From positions 162,566,001 through 162,630,000 of the forward strand of contig CM059425.1 of the NCBI GenBank assembly GCA_030390025.1: 64,000 nucleotides of DNA. Reading direction: 5' to 3'. A program made the position numbers and the translations under genes. The DNA comes from Squalus acanthias. Lineage: Eukaryota. Shown here one piece after another: positions 1 to 13,328 of this stretch (position 1 is the stretch's first letter; every line of letters begins with the position of its first letter). The notes beneath the pieces are model-generated. The model was not told the origin of the DNA and searched no databases. It worked only from the letters and a program-made list of their open reading frames with translations.

Positions 1-743
1 CCCGGCCAGAAAGGGGCTGTCTGGGTTGCCTCCTTCCTTCTGCTTCCTCCTCTTCAGCTTCCTCCTCCTTGGCTTCTTCCTCCTTGGCTTCTTCCTCTTC
101 TGTGTCTTCCTCTTCCCTCTGCAAGTGGATGCTGTAAATCTGAAATGACAGCATAAAATGCTGGAAATACTCAGCTGGTCAGACAGCATCTCGACCCGAG
201 ACGTGAACTCTGTTTCTCTCTCCATGGATGTTGCCTGACCTGCTGAGTATTTGCAGCATTTCCTGTCTTCTCAGAGGCCTTCCTTTACCATATGAGGCCT
301 TGCAAGTGTCCAACAGCACTCCCTAAACACTTACAAAATTTTTAACATCTATTGTAGCAAGCCACTACTTCAATAAAATCAAGAAAACCCAGTCAAAAAG
401 TTTAAATGCAAACTTACCTGAAAGATTTGTGCGTCCCTTTAAGAGGTGCGGACAGTACCTCTGTCAGTCTGCTTGCATGCTAGGTTTACCTGGTGTGCTT
501 AGGACCCAGCGCTGAACCCAGCGCTAGGGTCAATGTTCGCTGTGGTGACGTTAAGTCAGCATACGTCACCACTCCGCCAATTTTTTTGGAATGGCACTAC
601 TTAAAAACACCAGCGCTACTGGGACTTCCAAAATGGAGGACGCCACAGGACCCACCACCAGCTGGCAGAAGAGCGGCGGCCACCACTTTCTTGACTTAAC
701 ACTTCACTAACGGGTTGCGCTAAGGTAGGGAATTTCTCCCTCC
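1..743 (-). mobile_element. End of an internally deleted PIF/Harbinger element (acidic transposase C-terminus plus TIR)
   Basis: 1-120 is homologous to 40540-40600 (EEEE..RRQPRQPLSG on the minus strand). TIR-like AATTTCTCCC at about 731-740. Confidence 0.65.
121..272. repeat. Palindromic short repeat, same family as 38613-38840
   Basis: aaaatgctggaaatactcagc...gctgagtatttgcagcatttt inverted arms around gacccgagacgt. Confidence 0.75.
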
Positions 744-2094
744 ATGTTGAGCATACCGTAAGCAGATGGCTGATATTCCTCTATGTCCTCACGAGTAACT
801 AACACTGAATTCTATCCACCCTCAACTTCATCAATATTTTGGAAACAGACAACGTGCAAATATCTTCAAATATGAACTAAAATTAAAACTTGACTCAAAG
901 CATTTTTGTGTCATAACAAATGTTACTTGTAAAATCTGCTTGTATGGTGATCAGATTAGAGCAGCAAAGTTCTATTAGCTGGTAAACTGGAAATATCCAA
1001 CCTGATTATGAAATATACTCAGTATTATGTAATCGGCTTGTATTGTTTTCTAGTGTCGATAAAATGTGCTGCATTAACATGTATCATACAGTTGATGTAT
1101 AGTCAGTAAGTTGCAGACTGTTCAATCCATGCCACTTGTAGGCTTTCAGTATGAGCACACTCCTATGGGTTCAATAGCATGCAGTGAGACTGGACTTACT
1201 CTTAATTAACTGAATAAAGTCATTTTCATGCTATTAATTTGACCTGTCAAATTATGTGGTATAGGAGGTTGTCAAAAATTATTTTAGCATTAAGTAATAT
1301 TAATTAAATATTAACTGGGTCCCAAATACAGCTTATTAGCTTGAGTTAATGGGCCATAATTTGCTGTCAAAATAACAGTGAGGCTAATGGCGCTTGCCAT
1401 TATTTATGTGCAAATGGTGCAGCAACTTCAGGCGAGGGGCAGAGGCGCGGTTAAATTCAAATATCCAAAAGTTTCTGTCTGAGTTGCACCTCTCCGCTGT
1501 TAGCTTTGTAAAAATGGCATCTCGCTGTCTGGCTCACCATTGAAATGCATTGGATGGCGCAAAGTTGCTGTATTTGCGCGATAGATACGAACTAAACTTG
1601 CCACAGAAAGTTAAGCCTTGTCCATTTCAGTCTAAGTAGCCTTTTTACGATGTGCTAAGTGTTAATTACTGCCAAACAAGCTCTCTGGCAATAAAAATTA
1701 ACTATTACAAGTGTGGGGTCTCATTCCTTCCGGTTTTAATTGTTGTTGGGGATTTTAAAAATGCAAAACTTTTTAAAAAATTCCTTTTCCTTTCTGTCTC
1801 TCTTAATTTAGTCTTTCTTCCCTCTCTTTATTTCTCTTTCTGTACCTGATTTGACATTGAATTCACCCACTCTAATTTATACTTCCTTCTCAGTACTTGT
1901 GCTGTTAATTTCACAATCTAGTCGTATCTGTAGTGGAGCCCTCAGCAGCACAGGTCCTAAATACAGTGGGCGTATCTCTTCTGAGTATTTCTTCTTGTTG
2001 GTTTGATGTAAACGAGGCCGGAGCCTCAAAATTGTAGCCACCTCTTCCTGGCTAGCACGGTTGCCAGTTAGCTGAACAAAAGTAAAAATTGACC

Positions 2095-3510
2095 CGTGTA
2101 TATCTTAATTGCCCATTTCCTTAGAAAGAAACCGAGAATTTTACAGCACAGAGTAAAGCCGCATTTCCCTTTCAAAAAATCTATTCTGGATTCTGCTTCC
2201 ACCACTGTTTGTGATATGTCCTAACTACTCTGTGTAAAAAATTCTCCTATCTTCTCCCTTCATTTTTTGGCGATGATTTTAATTTTATACGTTCTCGTTA
2301 CTGACGCAATGATCAGTAAAAATAACTTTTTCCGATTATTTTATCAAACCCCTTCATAATTTTGCACATTTCTATAAGGTCATCTCTTAACCATTTTTGT
2401 TTTAAGAAAAGAGCCCCACTTTCTGTAGTCTCTCCTCACAGCTAAAGCCTCTCAATCATGGTATCATCTTAGTAAATCTCTTTGGTATCCTTTCCATGGC
2501 CTAGACATTTTCCTGAAATAACGTGGCCGAAACTGGAAACAATATTCTACCTGTGACCTTACATCTTTGCATTTATTCTCCAAACCGTATTTATGAAACC
2601 TAGGATCAACAACAACAACAACTTGCATTTATATAGCGCCTTTAACATTGTAAAACATCCCAAAGCGCTTCACAGGAGCATTATCAGACAAAATTTGACA
2701 GCAAGGCTCATGAGAAGATATTGGGAAAGGTGACCAAAAGTTTGGTCAAAGAGGTAGGTTTTAAGGAGCATCTTAAATGAGAGAGAGGTAGAGAGGTTTA
2801 GGGATGGAATTCCAGAGCTTAGGGCCTCGGCAACGGAAGGCACGGCCACCAATGGTGGAGCGAAGAAAATTGCGGATGCACAAAGGCCAGAAGTCTCGGA
2901 GGGTTGTAGAGCTGGAGGAGGCTACAGAGATAGGGAGGGGTGAAGCCATGGAGGGATTTGAACATAAGGATGTGAATTTTAAATGTGAAGCACTGCTGGA
3001 CCAGGAGCCAATGTAGGTCAGCGAGCACAAGGGTGATGGGTGAACGGGACTTGGTGCGAGTCAGGATATGGGCAGCAGAGCTCTGGATGAGCTTAAGTTT
3101 ACCGAGAATGGGAGATGGGAGGCCGGCCAGGAGAACATTTGAATAGTCGAGTTGGAGGTAACAAAAGCATAACTGAGGGTTTCAGCAGCAGATGGGCTGA
3201 GGCAGAAGCGGAGATGGGCGATATTACAGAGGTGGAAGCAGGCGGTCTTGGAGATGGACAGGATATGTGGTTGTAAGCTCAGGTCAGATGCCAACGATCA
3301 AATATGCTTTTTTTTTTACAGCTTTACCAACTTGCTCTCCCATTTTTAAAGATTTGTGTACCAGAACTCTTAAGTCTCTCTGTTCCTCTACTCCTTTAGA
3401 ATTTAGTGTATATTTCCTCTCCTTATTCTTCCTCCAAAAATGTATCATCACACATTTCTCTGCACTAAAAATTAATCTAACAGCCATCTGCCCAATCTAC
3501 TAACCTGCCA
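2095..3510 (-). mobile_element. Degenerate CR1 LINE 3' fragment, interrupted by an L2 insertion
   Basis: ORF 3284..3487 (AEKCVMIHF..QRDLRVLVHKSLK) is a CR1 RT C-terminal segment. The CR1 sequence resumes on the other side of the L2. Confidence 0.75.
2607..3295 (-). mobile_element. L2-clade LINE 3' fragment
   Basis: Motifs SKTACFHLCNIAHLR, LADLHWL and GGRAFRCRGPKLWNS. (AAC)n tail at 2608-2622. Confidence 0.85.
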
Positions 3511-5077
3511 ATTCCAATTCTTCTTAGATAGTCTTTTCCACGAGTTCCCCATCCTCTGCATAAAATAGTTAAATCTAAACTGTTCGTACACCTTTCCTCA
3601 TCTAAGCTTGTGCCCATTTCACTGGTTCTAGAGTTATGACAAATTGAAACATATTCTAAGGCTTTGATTTATCTATTCCCTTAAGGGTTTGGAATAGTTC
3701 ACTAAAATCTCCCCTCAACATTCCCTTCAGAGTAAATAACCCCAAGCTCGCCAACCTCTCCTTATTGCTCAGATACCTTTTCTGCACTGCCTCCAATGCC
3801 TGGTTGTAATATGACAACCAGAATTATACAAAGTACTCCAGGTGTGGCCATACCAATAAATTATGATCTCCTGGGATTTGTGCTCTATGTTTTGGTTATA
3901 TATCCCAAGACCCTATTAGCTTTCCTTACTACTGACACACTGCGCTGTTAGTTTCAGCAAGCTATCTTTCTATATGTACTTTTAAATATGCAGATCTGCC
4001 AAACTTGAGATTCTTTACCTAAAAACTCTTACACTTAATCAAATTGTTACATATCAATATATTAAATTGGGCCAAATAGGTGTACAATGTGGAATAGGTG
4101 TGCTGTGAACTTGTTTATGCCAATTATTTTGTACGAATATTTCATTTAATGGTATACAGTTTAATCCAGTTAATCACACAGAAAGATATGTACTATTTAT
4201 ATCAGCACATATATATCAGTGGGGAATGGGGCCAATCTGATGGAATTCTATGCTTGAATCAGAATTATTTTTTGCCTGGATGTGCTTTCATGCAGATTGT
4301 GCTGTATTCTTAAATGTTAATCAGAATTATTTTTAAACTTAAAAAAATTTAATATGAACAGGTTCAAACGCAGTGTCAGCCTTTGCTTTTAGTGCTTTAG
4401 CCAGACTTACAGCCTGATTCAAATAGATCTCAGTACCTAAATATCTTCAATAAGTGCCTTCCTTGTGTAGGAGCTAGATTTTGATAAGCCTATACAATAC
4501 AATATTTGTCATTAGGCTTATTTAATGAATTGATATGCTGTACAAAAATTGCCCTTAAGCCAATATGCTTTAATGTTGCGCAAACACTTCTTTCGTGATT
4601 TTCTTAAGCTGTTTTCATGTTAGTCTTTGGCCCTTAGCTCCTGTAGTGTGGGTTTCACACAGATGGCAATCACATTAAAATAAACTTGCGTAGATAGATA
4701 AGAGAGGTTTTAGACCAACAGCTATTTTTAAGTAGGCCTTCCTATTTGCCAACTGTCTTCTTAGGACCAGGAAACACCATTCCAGTGGTGCCAGCACATG
4801 TTAGTAGTGATTTCATGATACAACACAACGATGCCATTAGTCCAAAATTTTTCACTGGCCAAAATGTCTGTGCATGGATGGGACGGCAGGCCCACTCAGT
4901 GCAGCTGGGTGACAGTAAGACTGGCTGCACATTAGATAGGTAAATTTGAGAGAGTAGCACACCTAGATTACTCTCCCAAAATCTGGGCAGCAATCTAAAA
5001 GTAGTTTCACTTCATCAGTTCAAATTACTTATACCACCGCCAGTGCAAGCAACACACGTGTAACAACTAGAATTATA

Positions 5078-5811
5078 GAAGGCAATTTTCAGCTGCCTAC
5101 TGCCTCATTCATGCTGATAAACAGGGAGCAGACAAAAAAAAACTTTTTTAAAAATCCTACCGCCGACCCACTGGCCGCCGGAGGTCCGCCCAACTCGAAT
5201 TTTGAGCAGGCTTTGAGGTGGACAACCAGCCCTCTCACCTAAAATTGATGGGAGCCTTATTTCAATATTTAAATTAGGATCTTACACCGGTTATCGGACC
5301 TCAATGCAATTTTCAGGTACCAATGGATGGAGCGTACACTGCACACGCTCTTCCCCCCACTCCTGCCCCCCCAGTAGGACTGGACAGAGAGTGGATTAAC
5401 CTGTGATCTTTAAAGGGACCACTGCAGGCTGTTCTGAAAATGGGGCAAAAATCTATGTACCACAGATGTTTGTGCAGCCAAGAGGGGCATGAATGCTGCT
5501 AACTGCTCAGTAGGCTTTCCATTTGGGCTTTTCATCCCCCACCACCACCACCACCACCACCCCCCACAACCGCACCCCCCCCCCCCCCACCACCATTTTA
5601 AGATTTAACTTCTTGTTCGGTTACATAAAGGAGCTGTAGGATTTCCCACCTCCCTCCCTCCCCGATCAGCAATCTGCCCCTCAGCACTTGCTGCTTGGTG
5701 AGCAAAATTAAATGAAAATGGTTAGCGCCTCTCGCTAGTACCAGTGGGCAAGTGGTGCAATCACTCTGGCCACTGCCTGCCTGATGTGCACTATGTCTGA
5801 AAATCAGGCCC
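5078..5811. mobile_element. Non-autonomous Harbinger-like element
   Basis: Ends GAAGGCAATTTTCAG / CTGAAAATCAGGCCC, with ATA on both sides (3-bp TSD). Confidence 0.6.
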
Positions 5812-6384
5812 ATATAGTTCAGAGTTCCCTCTCCTGATGCAACCTAACATTGGAAGGACAAAATCTATAATTATACTTTTAGGTTTTTCACACACTTTAA
5901 ATGGGCTTGGCATGTGAAGTTCACATACCCATTTATGATGCTGTGCCAAAATGCAAGTGAAAAATACACCAATATAATGACTGAAAATTTCAACTGCCTG
6001 CCACCACACCAGACTGAAACCCATGTAACAACACTGCTATACATTTCTTTTTCCTCTGAATAATGCCCAAGCTAGATAGTTGAGAATTTCTTCTGGTATA
6101 TTAATAGAATTGTGCTAAATAGTGCAAATATTGATGTCAAATCTTAATTAAAGACACTTAATGGTGCACATGTTTGTATTGATTTATTTAATTGAATGTG
6201 TATAAGCCCAGTGACAAATAGTTATACAATCCGTTGTACCTCTCCACTGATCAGGTAATACTGACATGAAAGGCACACAAAATCAATTTGCAGATTGGGT
6301 CATTGATATTGTTTTTAATACATGTCTTGAAAGATTATTGTGAAAATATTCAGAAAACCATTTTATTGTGGTAAAAAAATGTAC

Positions 6385-6459
6385 CTCTTTTGAGATTTTC
6401 TGCTCCTCTTCAATGTATTTCTGTTCTTTGGGAGTGATTGTTCTGATGCTTGCCTTTAT
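6385..6459 (-). CDS. MCTP1: MCTP1 coding exon: IKASIRTITPKEQKYIEEEQKISKE
   Basis: Lies within ORF 6283..6477. Acceptor gtgcAG, donor GTAC, 75 bp, phase 0. Matches MCTP1 VKASLRTLIPKEQKYIEEENRLSKQ. Confidence 0.93.
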
Positions 6460-6696
6460 CTGCACAGTATCACACACACAAAAAATGTTTAATTCTCAGT
6501 GTAAAATATTTCCCATGCAATCTCATGACTGTGATAATAATTGCTCAACATTTACACCAGTGCTCTACAGAAAAAAAACCTGAGGAAAGTAAGATGTTTA
6601 ATGCAACATAAAAACTCTCATACGGATTTATCAAAGAGATTTATTTGACTAAAAAGAACATCTTAGGCAGTATGAAAAGGCGAAGTTAAGACTTAC

Positions 6697-6798
6697 AACA
6701 TTAAAAATCACATCCATTTCAAGATAGATGACCCCCTTTGTTGGCCCTGTCAGATTCTTGTTTTTCAAGACGTAAGCTTTCTCTTCACCATTTTGAAT
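6697..6798 (-). CDS. MCTP1: MCTP1 coding exon: IQNGEEKAYVLKNKNLTGPTKGVIYLEMDVIFNV
   Basis: Acceptor ccacAG, donor GTAAGT, 102 bp, phase 0. Matches MCTP1 IQNGEQKAYVLKNKQLTGPTKGVIYLEIDVIFNA. Confidence 0.95.
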
Positions 6799-7116
6799 CT
6801 GTGGGAAAAGAACATGACAGCCGTCTGTCTCTCAGTCTCTGCTGAATACACTCCCCCAGCAACCTTTGACCCCCAGCTGCTGAAAGTGACAGAGAACCCA
6901 AAACAACTGTGGCAACTCTGACAAGTACCTGTTCATTACCAGCACCAAGTCTGTCAAAAAAAAATTAACTATCGTGGGATTCAATATGGCTGTGAATTGG
7001 GCATGCTAGAATTTTAGCGTTATTACTACAAACCTTGCTTGAGAAATGACAGACATATAGCCTGGAATTTTATTAAGTAAGAAAAACAAACGATGTGTCA
7101 GCCAGATAAAACTTAC

Positions 7117-7219
7117 AGTTAGCAAAGGTACAGCAACTTTGCCCAGGAAATCAGCACGCCGATCCCGGTCTTCATCATAAACTGACACTTCCAGAACGGA
7201 ATGGATGTCCTTAATGTTG
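7117..7219 (-). CDS. MCTP1: MCTP1 coding exon: (F)[34 protein letters not shown]
   Basis: Lies within ORF 7006..7281. Acceptor atttAG, donor GTAAGT, 103 bp, phase 2 to 0. Contains the C2 motif YDEDRD..DFLG, nearly identical to recalled MCTP1. Confidence 0.95.
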
Positions 7220-7489
7220 CTAAATAGGAGGCAGAGGAAGGGAAGAAAATAGAGAAGAGCAAATATATAAGTAATGAGCAATAAAGATGAAACTTCATAA
7301 AAAGATGTCTAAGCAGACAGAAAAGGAGTAAAGAACAACATATGAAAAAGCTGCCGCTTACTTAGAAAATTTAAAAAAAGGAACAAATGAGATATATAAG
7401 AAAGTTCAAATGAATAATGAAGTATATGTAATGGGGAGAAAATACAAAAGAGTTAAGTAAAAGTTATCTATGTTACAACTGAGAAGAGA

Positions 7490-8610
7490 TACAACAACTT
7501 GCATTTATATAGTGCCTTTAATGTAGAAATGTCCCACAGTGCTCGGGGGGAGGGGCAGTGAGAATAGATAAAAGGAACAAAGGAACAAATGACAAGCCAT
7601 CGTACGATAGTTAAGAGAGGTGACAGAAAACATGGATTGAAAGGATGGGTTTTGCAGAGGTCCATTGAGAAAGGGAAAAGCAGAGGGGTTTAGGGAGAAC
7701 ATTTCTAAGAGTAGGCCCAAGGCAGTGGAGCATGCTGCTATCAATGGTGGGGCCAGGGAGGAGGGTGCACATAATGCCAGACTGGGAGTGCTGAAAGGCT
7801 GGAGTAGCTTCCAGAGGTAAGGTGGGGCAAGGCATTAGTGGGGTTTGAAGACAAGGTCAAGGATTTTAAAATCAACATATTGGGGGATAGGGAATCAATG
7901 TAGGTCAGTGAGGATGGGCATGATGGGTGAACAGGGATTAGTATGGGACAGGATACAAGTAGCTGAAGTTGGAATTTATGGAGAGTCAAGGATTATTGGC
8001 CAGCAAGCAGAACACTGGAGAAACTGAGTCTCCAGGTGACAAAAGCATGGCTAAGGGTTTTGGTGGCAGTGGGGATGAGGCAGAGGCAGGCAATTTTGTA
8101 GAGGTGAATGTGGTCTTGGTGATGGATTAGAAGCTGAGCTCTGAATCAAACAGGATCCCATGGTTTAGCACAGTCTCATTCAGCTTAAGCAAGTGGCTGA
8201 GGAAAGGGATGGAGTCAGTGGCAAGGGAGCAGAATTTATGGTGGTAGCTGAAACAATCGGAGTAAAATTAGATTCATCCATGACAATGTCAGGCAGGGAG
8301 TCTGACAGCACACAGGTTGAGGCAAGTGGCGGAAAAGAAGAATTTGGGTTCAGCATATGAAAGCTGACCCTATGCCCATGAGCAACGTCACCATCGGGTC
8401 AGTGTAGATAAGAAAGAGGAAGAGGAAGAGGCCAAGGATAGATCCTTGAGGAACTCCGGAAGTGACAGTGCAGGGCTGGGGGGAAAGAAAAGCTGGAGAT
8501 GTGCTGACTGCAATCAGACAGGCCATAGTGAACTATATATGGGCATTCCACAGATCTGGATAATAGGGAAAGATGATGGCAGAGAATGGAATGGTTGGCC
8601 ATTTGAACAC
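7490..8610 (-). mobile_element. Degenerate L2 LINE fragment
   Basis: 3' end acaacaacttgcatttatatag is shared with the 2607 copy. gaggaactcc/ggccaaggatagatccttg corresponds to the GVPQGSILGP motif near 8430-8460. Confidence 0.75.
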
Positions 8611-10040
8611 TGCAGTCAATATAGTCGACCACAAAACAAAAACAAGAAAAAGAGTCAGCTGCATTGAAAGCAAAGAAAATGGGGGGTGGAAATGGAAAAA
8701 TGTAAGTGCTAATATATAGAATTTCCGCTGGGTTTTCCTGATCAGGTGCTATAACTGTACCAAAAACCTTGGAAAACAATGTAAATGGACATTTCTAGCA
8801 ATTTACCCCATTTCTCTGGGGATTCTACTGATCTTTTTCTGGAAAAACCCTGCAAAAATTCCAGGTGATAAAGTAGATTACTGTTAAATTGCTTTAAAAT
8901 AATAATACTGTAAACATACTTGTAGCAGACACAGTATATGTCAATGTTGTAACAAACATTCTCTATTGGACTTTTCCTGATTGATTTGTTGAAGTGGGAC
9001 TACAGGAGACTAAGATAATGATGATTACTGCCACACTAAGTATAAACTAGAACTAACGCTGAACCCTGGAACTACTGCAGTCCCTCTGCATGAAAATGTT
9101 TGGCAAACAATTTTTAATTTATTTTGCAGTGATATGTATCACAATGGAACACATCACAGTGTCACATGTTGATGACAAAAATAACACATGGCTCTTCTCT
9201 GTCCTCAAACAAAAACAGGTTTATTAAACAATATTTCACCGGCAGGGAGGACACTGGTTTGCAGCCATAGACCACACACTGCAGCCAGAAATTTTTTTTG
9301 CAGGGCTACAGAACTTGCATTGACATGAATATCAACTTGATGCTCCTGTGCTTCTCCAGAAATGCTATGACTGGAGGCCATCTCTTCATCGTTCAGCACT
9401 AAATCTTAGACAAATCTGAATTCTCTTCATCTCTCCTTCATGGCTGTCTCTAATTGTTCTCCATGTGAGTTGAAGCTAACTGTGGTTGCATCTTGGAGTT
9501 TAGATCTCAAAGCATCCAAAGCAGCAGTTTGAGCATTCTTGAGATACTAATACTTCTGTATTTATGACCTATGTTACTGGCACTATTCCATTTGCAGTGG
9601 CAAATTGCTGTGCAAACAACCGATTGTCCAACCTGACCTTTTACTTCTCTGCGAATGCAGGCACATGACTAAACACAACCCTTGTGTTCTAACATCCTAT
9701 TAGAAAGCAGGCCCACTATCTAAATGTTGCAATCTGTCTACATCTATGTTGGTGCTTAATGCAAGTGTGGGTGGTAATGATTAGTACTGTGGTAATCATT
9801 CCTTTTCTGGTCTACCTTGAACACCACTTAGTTCTCCTTGTTCTCTGAAGAAAGCAGGTGGGACATTATGAGCACATAAGTACGCCTTACATGCACTATT
9901 ATACACTTGTACATAATCAGTGTGTATAGACACTGATGTAACATTGTGCAAATCACAGAATATGTGATGATTAGTATGGTACATACTAGTTTGTCTGGAC
10001 AATCTTCCAACCTCCTCAGGCACAATACCTTAAAGTATTT

Positions 10041-10170
10041 CATAGAAAACATAGAAACATAGAATCTAGGAGCAGGAGTAGGCCATTCGGCCCGTCGAGC
10101 CTGCTCCGCCATTCAATATGATCATGGCTGATCATCCAAATCCAGTACCCTGTCCCTGCTTTAATCCCCA
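10041..10170 (-). mobile_element. CR1 LINE 3' tail fragment
   Basis: (CATAGAAA)n tail, then the reverse complement of the 3' UTR seen at 14496-14590. Confidence 0.8.
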
Positions 10171-13100
10171 CAGTACACATATCCCACCCTACCCCCGTAA
10201 CCCCACGTATTTAATTCCCTCTAAATAAATGAACAGTTCTCTTTTTATATTTTGTGAGTTGTTCTGGTTGACGGGGTTCACCACATATTCCATTTTATGC
10301 TCATATATTAGTGCAGATTTAAATTTAAATACAAGAACATTATGGGTTAAAACAGGTTGATTTGCTCCATTAAAAATTCTTTTACACAGTATGTTCTCTT
10401 TGCCATGATGGCATGCATAACTTCTCCATTTTGGCCATCTTCTTAGCAACTATAACTTTTCTTCATATATATGCTTCGTTGCTACTTCACAGTAATATTC
10501 TTACCTATTTTTTGTGTTCTTTTTCAAGTCTTGCAATTTTTTTCCTGACCTCCTACCAGAGCCTTTGAGTGGTGGTTACCAAATTCAGCTGCTTTGTTAT
10601 GCATCCCAACATATCTTGCCTCCATTCCTGCTGAGGACACTGTTCCACCCCCACCCCCTACCAATTGTCTTCCCCTTTCTTCCAGTAAGGTCTACCATTT
10701 CTTAATTACATAGTCCACTAGGGCAGTCAGGGCCCAGTCTGTGAAAAAGGACGTTATGACCTTGTCACTCAGCATTTTATAAAATTATTGTGCACTCAAC
10801 AGCTGGATTCATGAATCTTCTGTTACACACCCATTAATTGGCTTGTTAGCTGATTGAAAAATTTTAAAGGATCATTCTTACAGGTGGGTGGTGATTGATT
10901 TTATTTTGGCTATTCTCGCTAACTAAATTATTTTGCACAAAATTGCACATTTAAAAATTGCTCTCATCCTCATTGCAAATAACTATAAAAAGAGTTATTA
11001 GTTCTTTCTTCAAACAAAGTCAAAAGTATAGCCCTAAGGATGCTTTGAAACTGAAATCATTAAGGATCCAAATATAATGAATGAGAAAGCAAATAGGGAT
11101 GCAGATGAGTGGTGTCAGTATCTGAAGCAACAGCTGTTCCAGTGCCACAGGTACTGAAAGCTGTCACAGTAAACACAATTGGTAGACTTAGTACAGCTGG
11201 CATGGCTGGAACAGCTAGCACATCTGTCACAAGCAGTAAATTTGACACAGAAAGCACATTTGACACGGACAAAATAGTTGGTATATCTGGTACTGTGGGA
11301 AATATATAGGATTGTTAGCAAATATAACTCCTGGCATAAATTGGAAAGCTGGCACAGGAGTTGAAGGGCAATACTCTCAGAGCCATTTTATCTGGCTAGA
11401 CTGGCATAATTTGAACAGGTGGTTCAGCAAGTACATTCGTTAAAGTAGGTAAATACTGTCCGATCTGGCTTGGCTGGTATATTTGATCAGTTGGCACGGT
11501 AAGTACAAACACCTCATGTTATCCACATAGTGACTGACCTTACCTCAAACCAACACTTGAAGTAACTTCAAACTTTAGTTCAAAACCAGACGTAATGCTG
11601 CTATGCATGCCATTGTGTGATTTGGAGGGTTAATGCACTGTTATATCACATATATTTGGACTGCTGCTCTATCACCCACTCGTTTTAAAATATTTCTTTT
11701 ATATGATAGAAGTAAACATAGGGGTTTAACATCTCTGATAAACAGTGTCTTATATTTCTCCAAAACTCTTCCTATCAGTTGTTGCTGCTATTTTTCTTTA
11801 AATTCCAATTCCCTCTCCTTTTCCTCTTTCTTCTGAAACTGCTGACTCCAGCTGGGATAAGGTTCCATGGGCATTGTTCACCCTTTAGTACCTTAGGCAA
11901 GTGAGCATTCTTCACATGCGAGGTTAGACAGCGAGTCAGTTCGCAGACTATTCAATTGTGGAAAGCAAATTGTGGACTTTTGTATCACTTCTAGTATTGT
12001 TCTACTTTTTCTTTTATGATCTATCTCCATTGTGGGATGGAGGGATATCCTCTTTAACAGTTAATAGGGTGTGTGGACATTCCTCCTCTTTCTGTCAGTT
12101 GTTGCATTACTGAAAAGCCCACAGTCTATAGCTGTCCCAGAATTTTGGAGGTTTGAGCAATGCCGCATTCTGGAATTAGAAGAAAATGTCGATAGCACAA
12201 ACTAGACCAATAACAACTAGCTGGAACCCAACAAAAAATAAGATGACTGCCTGTCCTGTTTGGCCCTTTGCGAAAATATCTTTGATAACAAAGGAGGAGA
12301 ACACCAGTATTCTTGATCATCTTTGAAAACAACCTACCTACCGACATCTGAGCTAAACCACCTTCCCACAAGTTAGAAGAGCCTACATGCAGAATTAGTT
12401 CATTATCCCAAATGATGCCATAATGAACACCATAGCACATGACTGTCCTTTCCCTACTGGCTAAAGTCATGAGATGGCCATAGTCCGCAACTAAATTAAA
12501 TATTATTCTGTTAAATTAATACAATAATTATCTAATTTCACATCTATTTTCTCATGACATCATCAAACTTTCAGTATTTGTGATAAGGTGATGGGTGTCC
12601 CCCAATGTGGTATTCTGGCTTTGCATGGCTCCAGAGGGCATCTCAAAGTTATTTACTGGAAAATTCAAGGGGAGTGGGTAAGCGGTGTCTCTTTGATACT
12701 GAGGTGGCCCCAAGATGACATGTCTGACAATGGAAGTTCAGAACCACGTCAACTCTCTGGCTCACAGATGTAACTTGGTGAGATAGGTCCGTCATTGGGG
12801 GCTGGGATGCTTCCCACCCAGTTCTAGATAACACTACAATGGCAGTGTGTTCCCAGCTAGACAGGCATTAGAATGTTTACCAGCGCTCTGTGTGGAAAGC
12901 CTGCCAGGTTTTAGAGGATTGAACTACAGCAGTATCCCTGTGCACACTTGGGGTTCCTAAGCCTTGGCTCTGCCCAACCTACACCTAACTTCTCAGGACT
13001 CAGGTAAGTGGGGTGTATCCCAAAAGGGAAAATCATGTGCTCCATATCAGGCAAACAGAAACCTGGGGCTCGATTTTTATTTCCGAGGCGGGTTGGAGTC

Positions 13101-13328
13101 GGGTTACATGGTGGCCGCCTCCGGTGGGATCAGCTGCTGATGTCCGATTTTGATTTAATGAGCTTATTGATTTCAATGGAGGTGGCTGGCCGGTCCAATG
13201 AGTGCGATCGGGTCGGCAGGCCGCCTCTGATGACGTCATCGTAGCAGCTGCTTTTAAAGCTGCCATTCAGCCTAAGCCTTTCTATTGTGGATTCTGATAC
13301 TCAGTAAGATTGATCTATCCACAATACT

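Noticed and set aside
1351..2095. Another Harbinger-like MITE starting GGGCCATAATTT
   Set aside because: The left end is plausible, but no matching right TIR or TSD could be established.
5537..5595. (CCA)n/poly-C tract, also (GA)n at 23063-23090
   Set aside because: Ordinary microsatellites inside non-autonomous elements.
12126..12470. 114-aa minus-strand ORF
   Set aside because: No recognisable motif, splice context or repeat homology could be seen.
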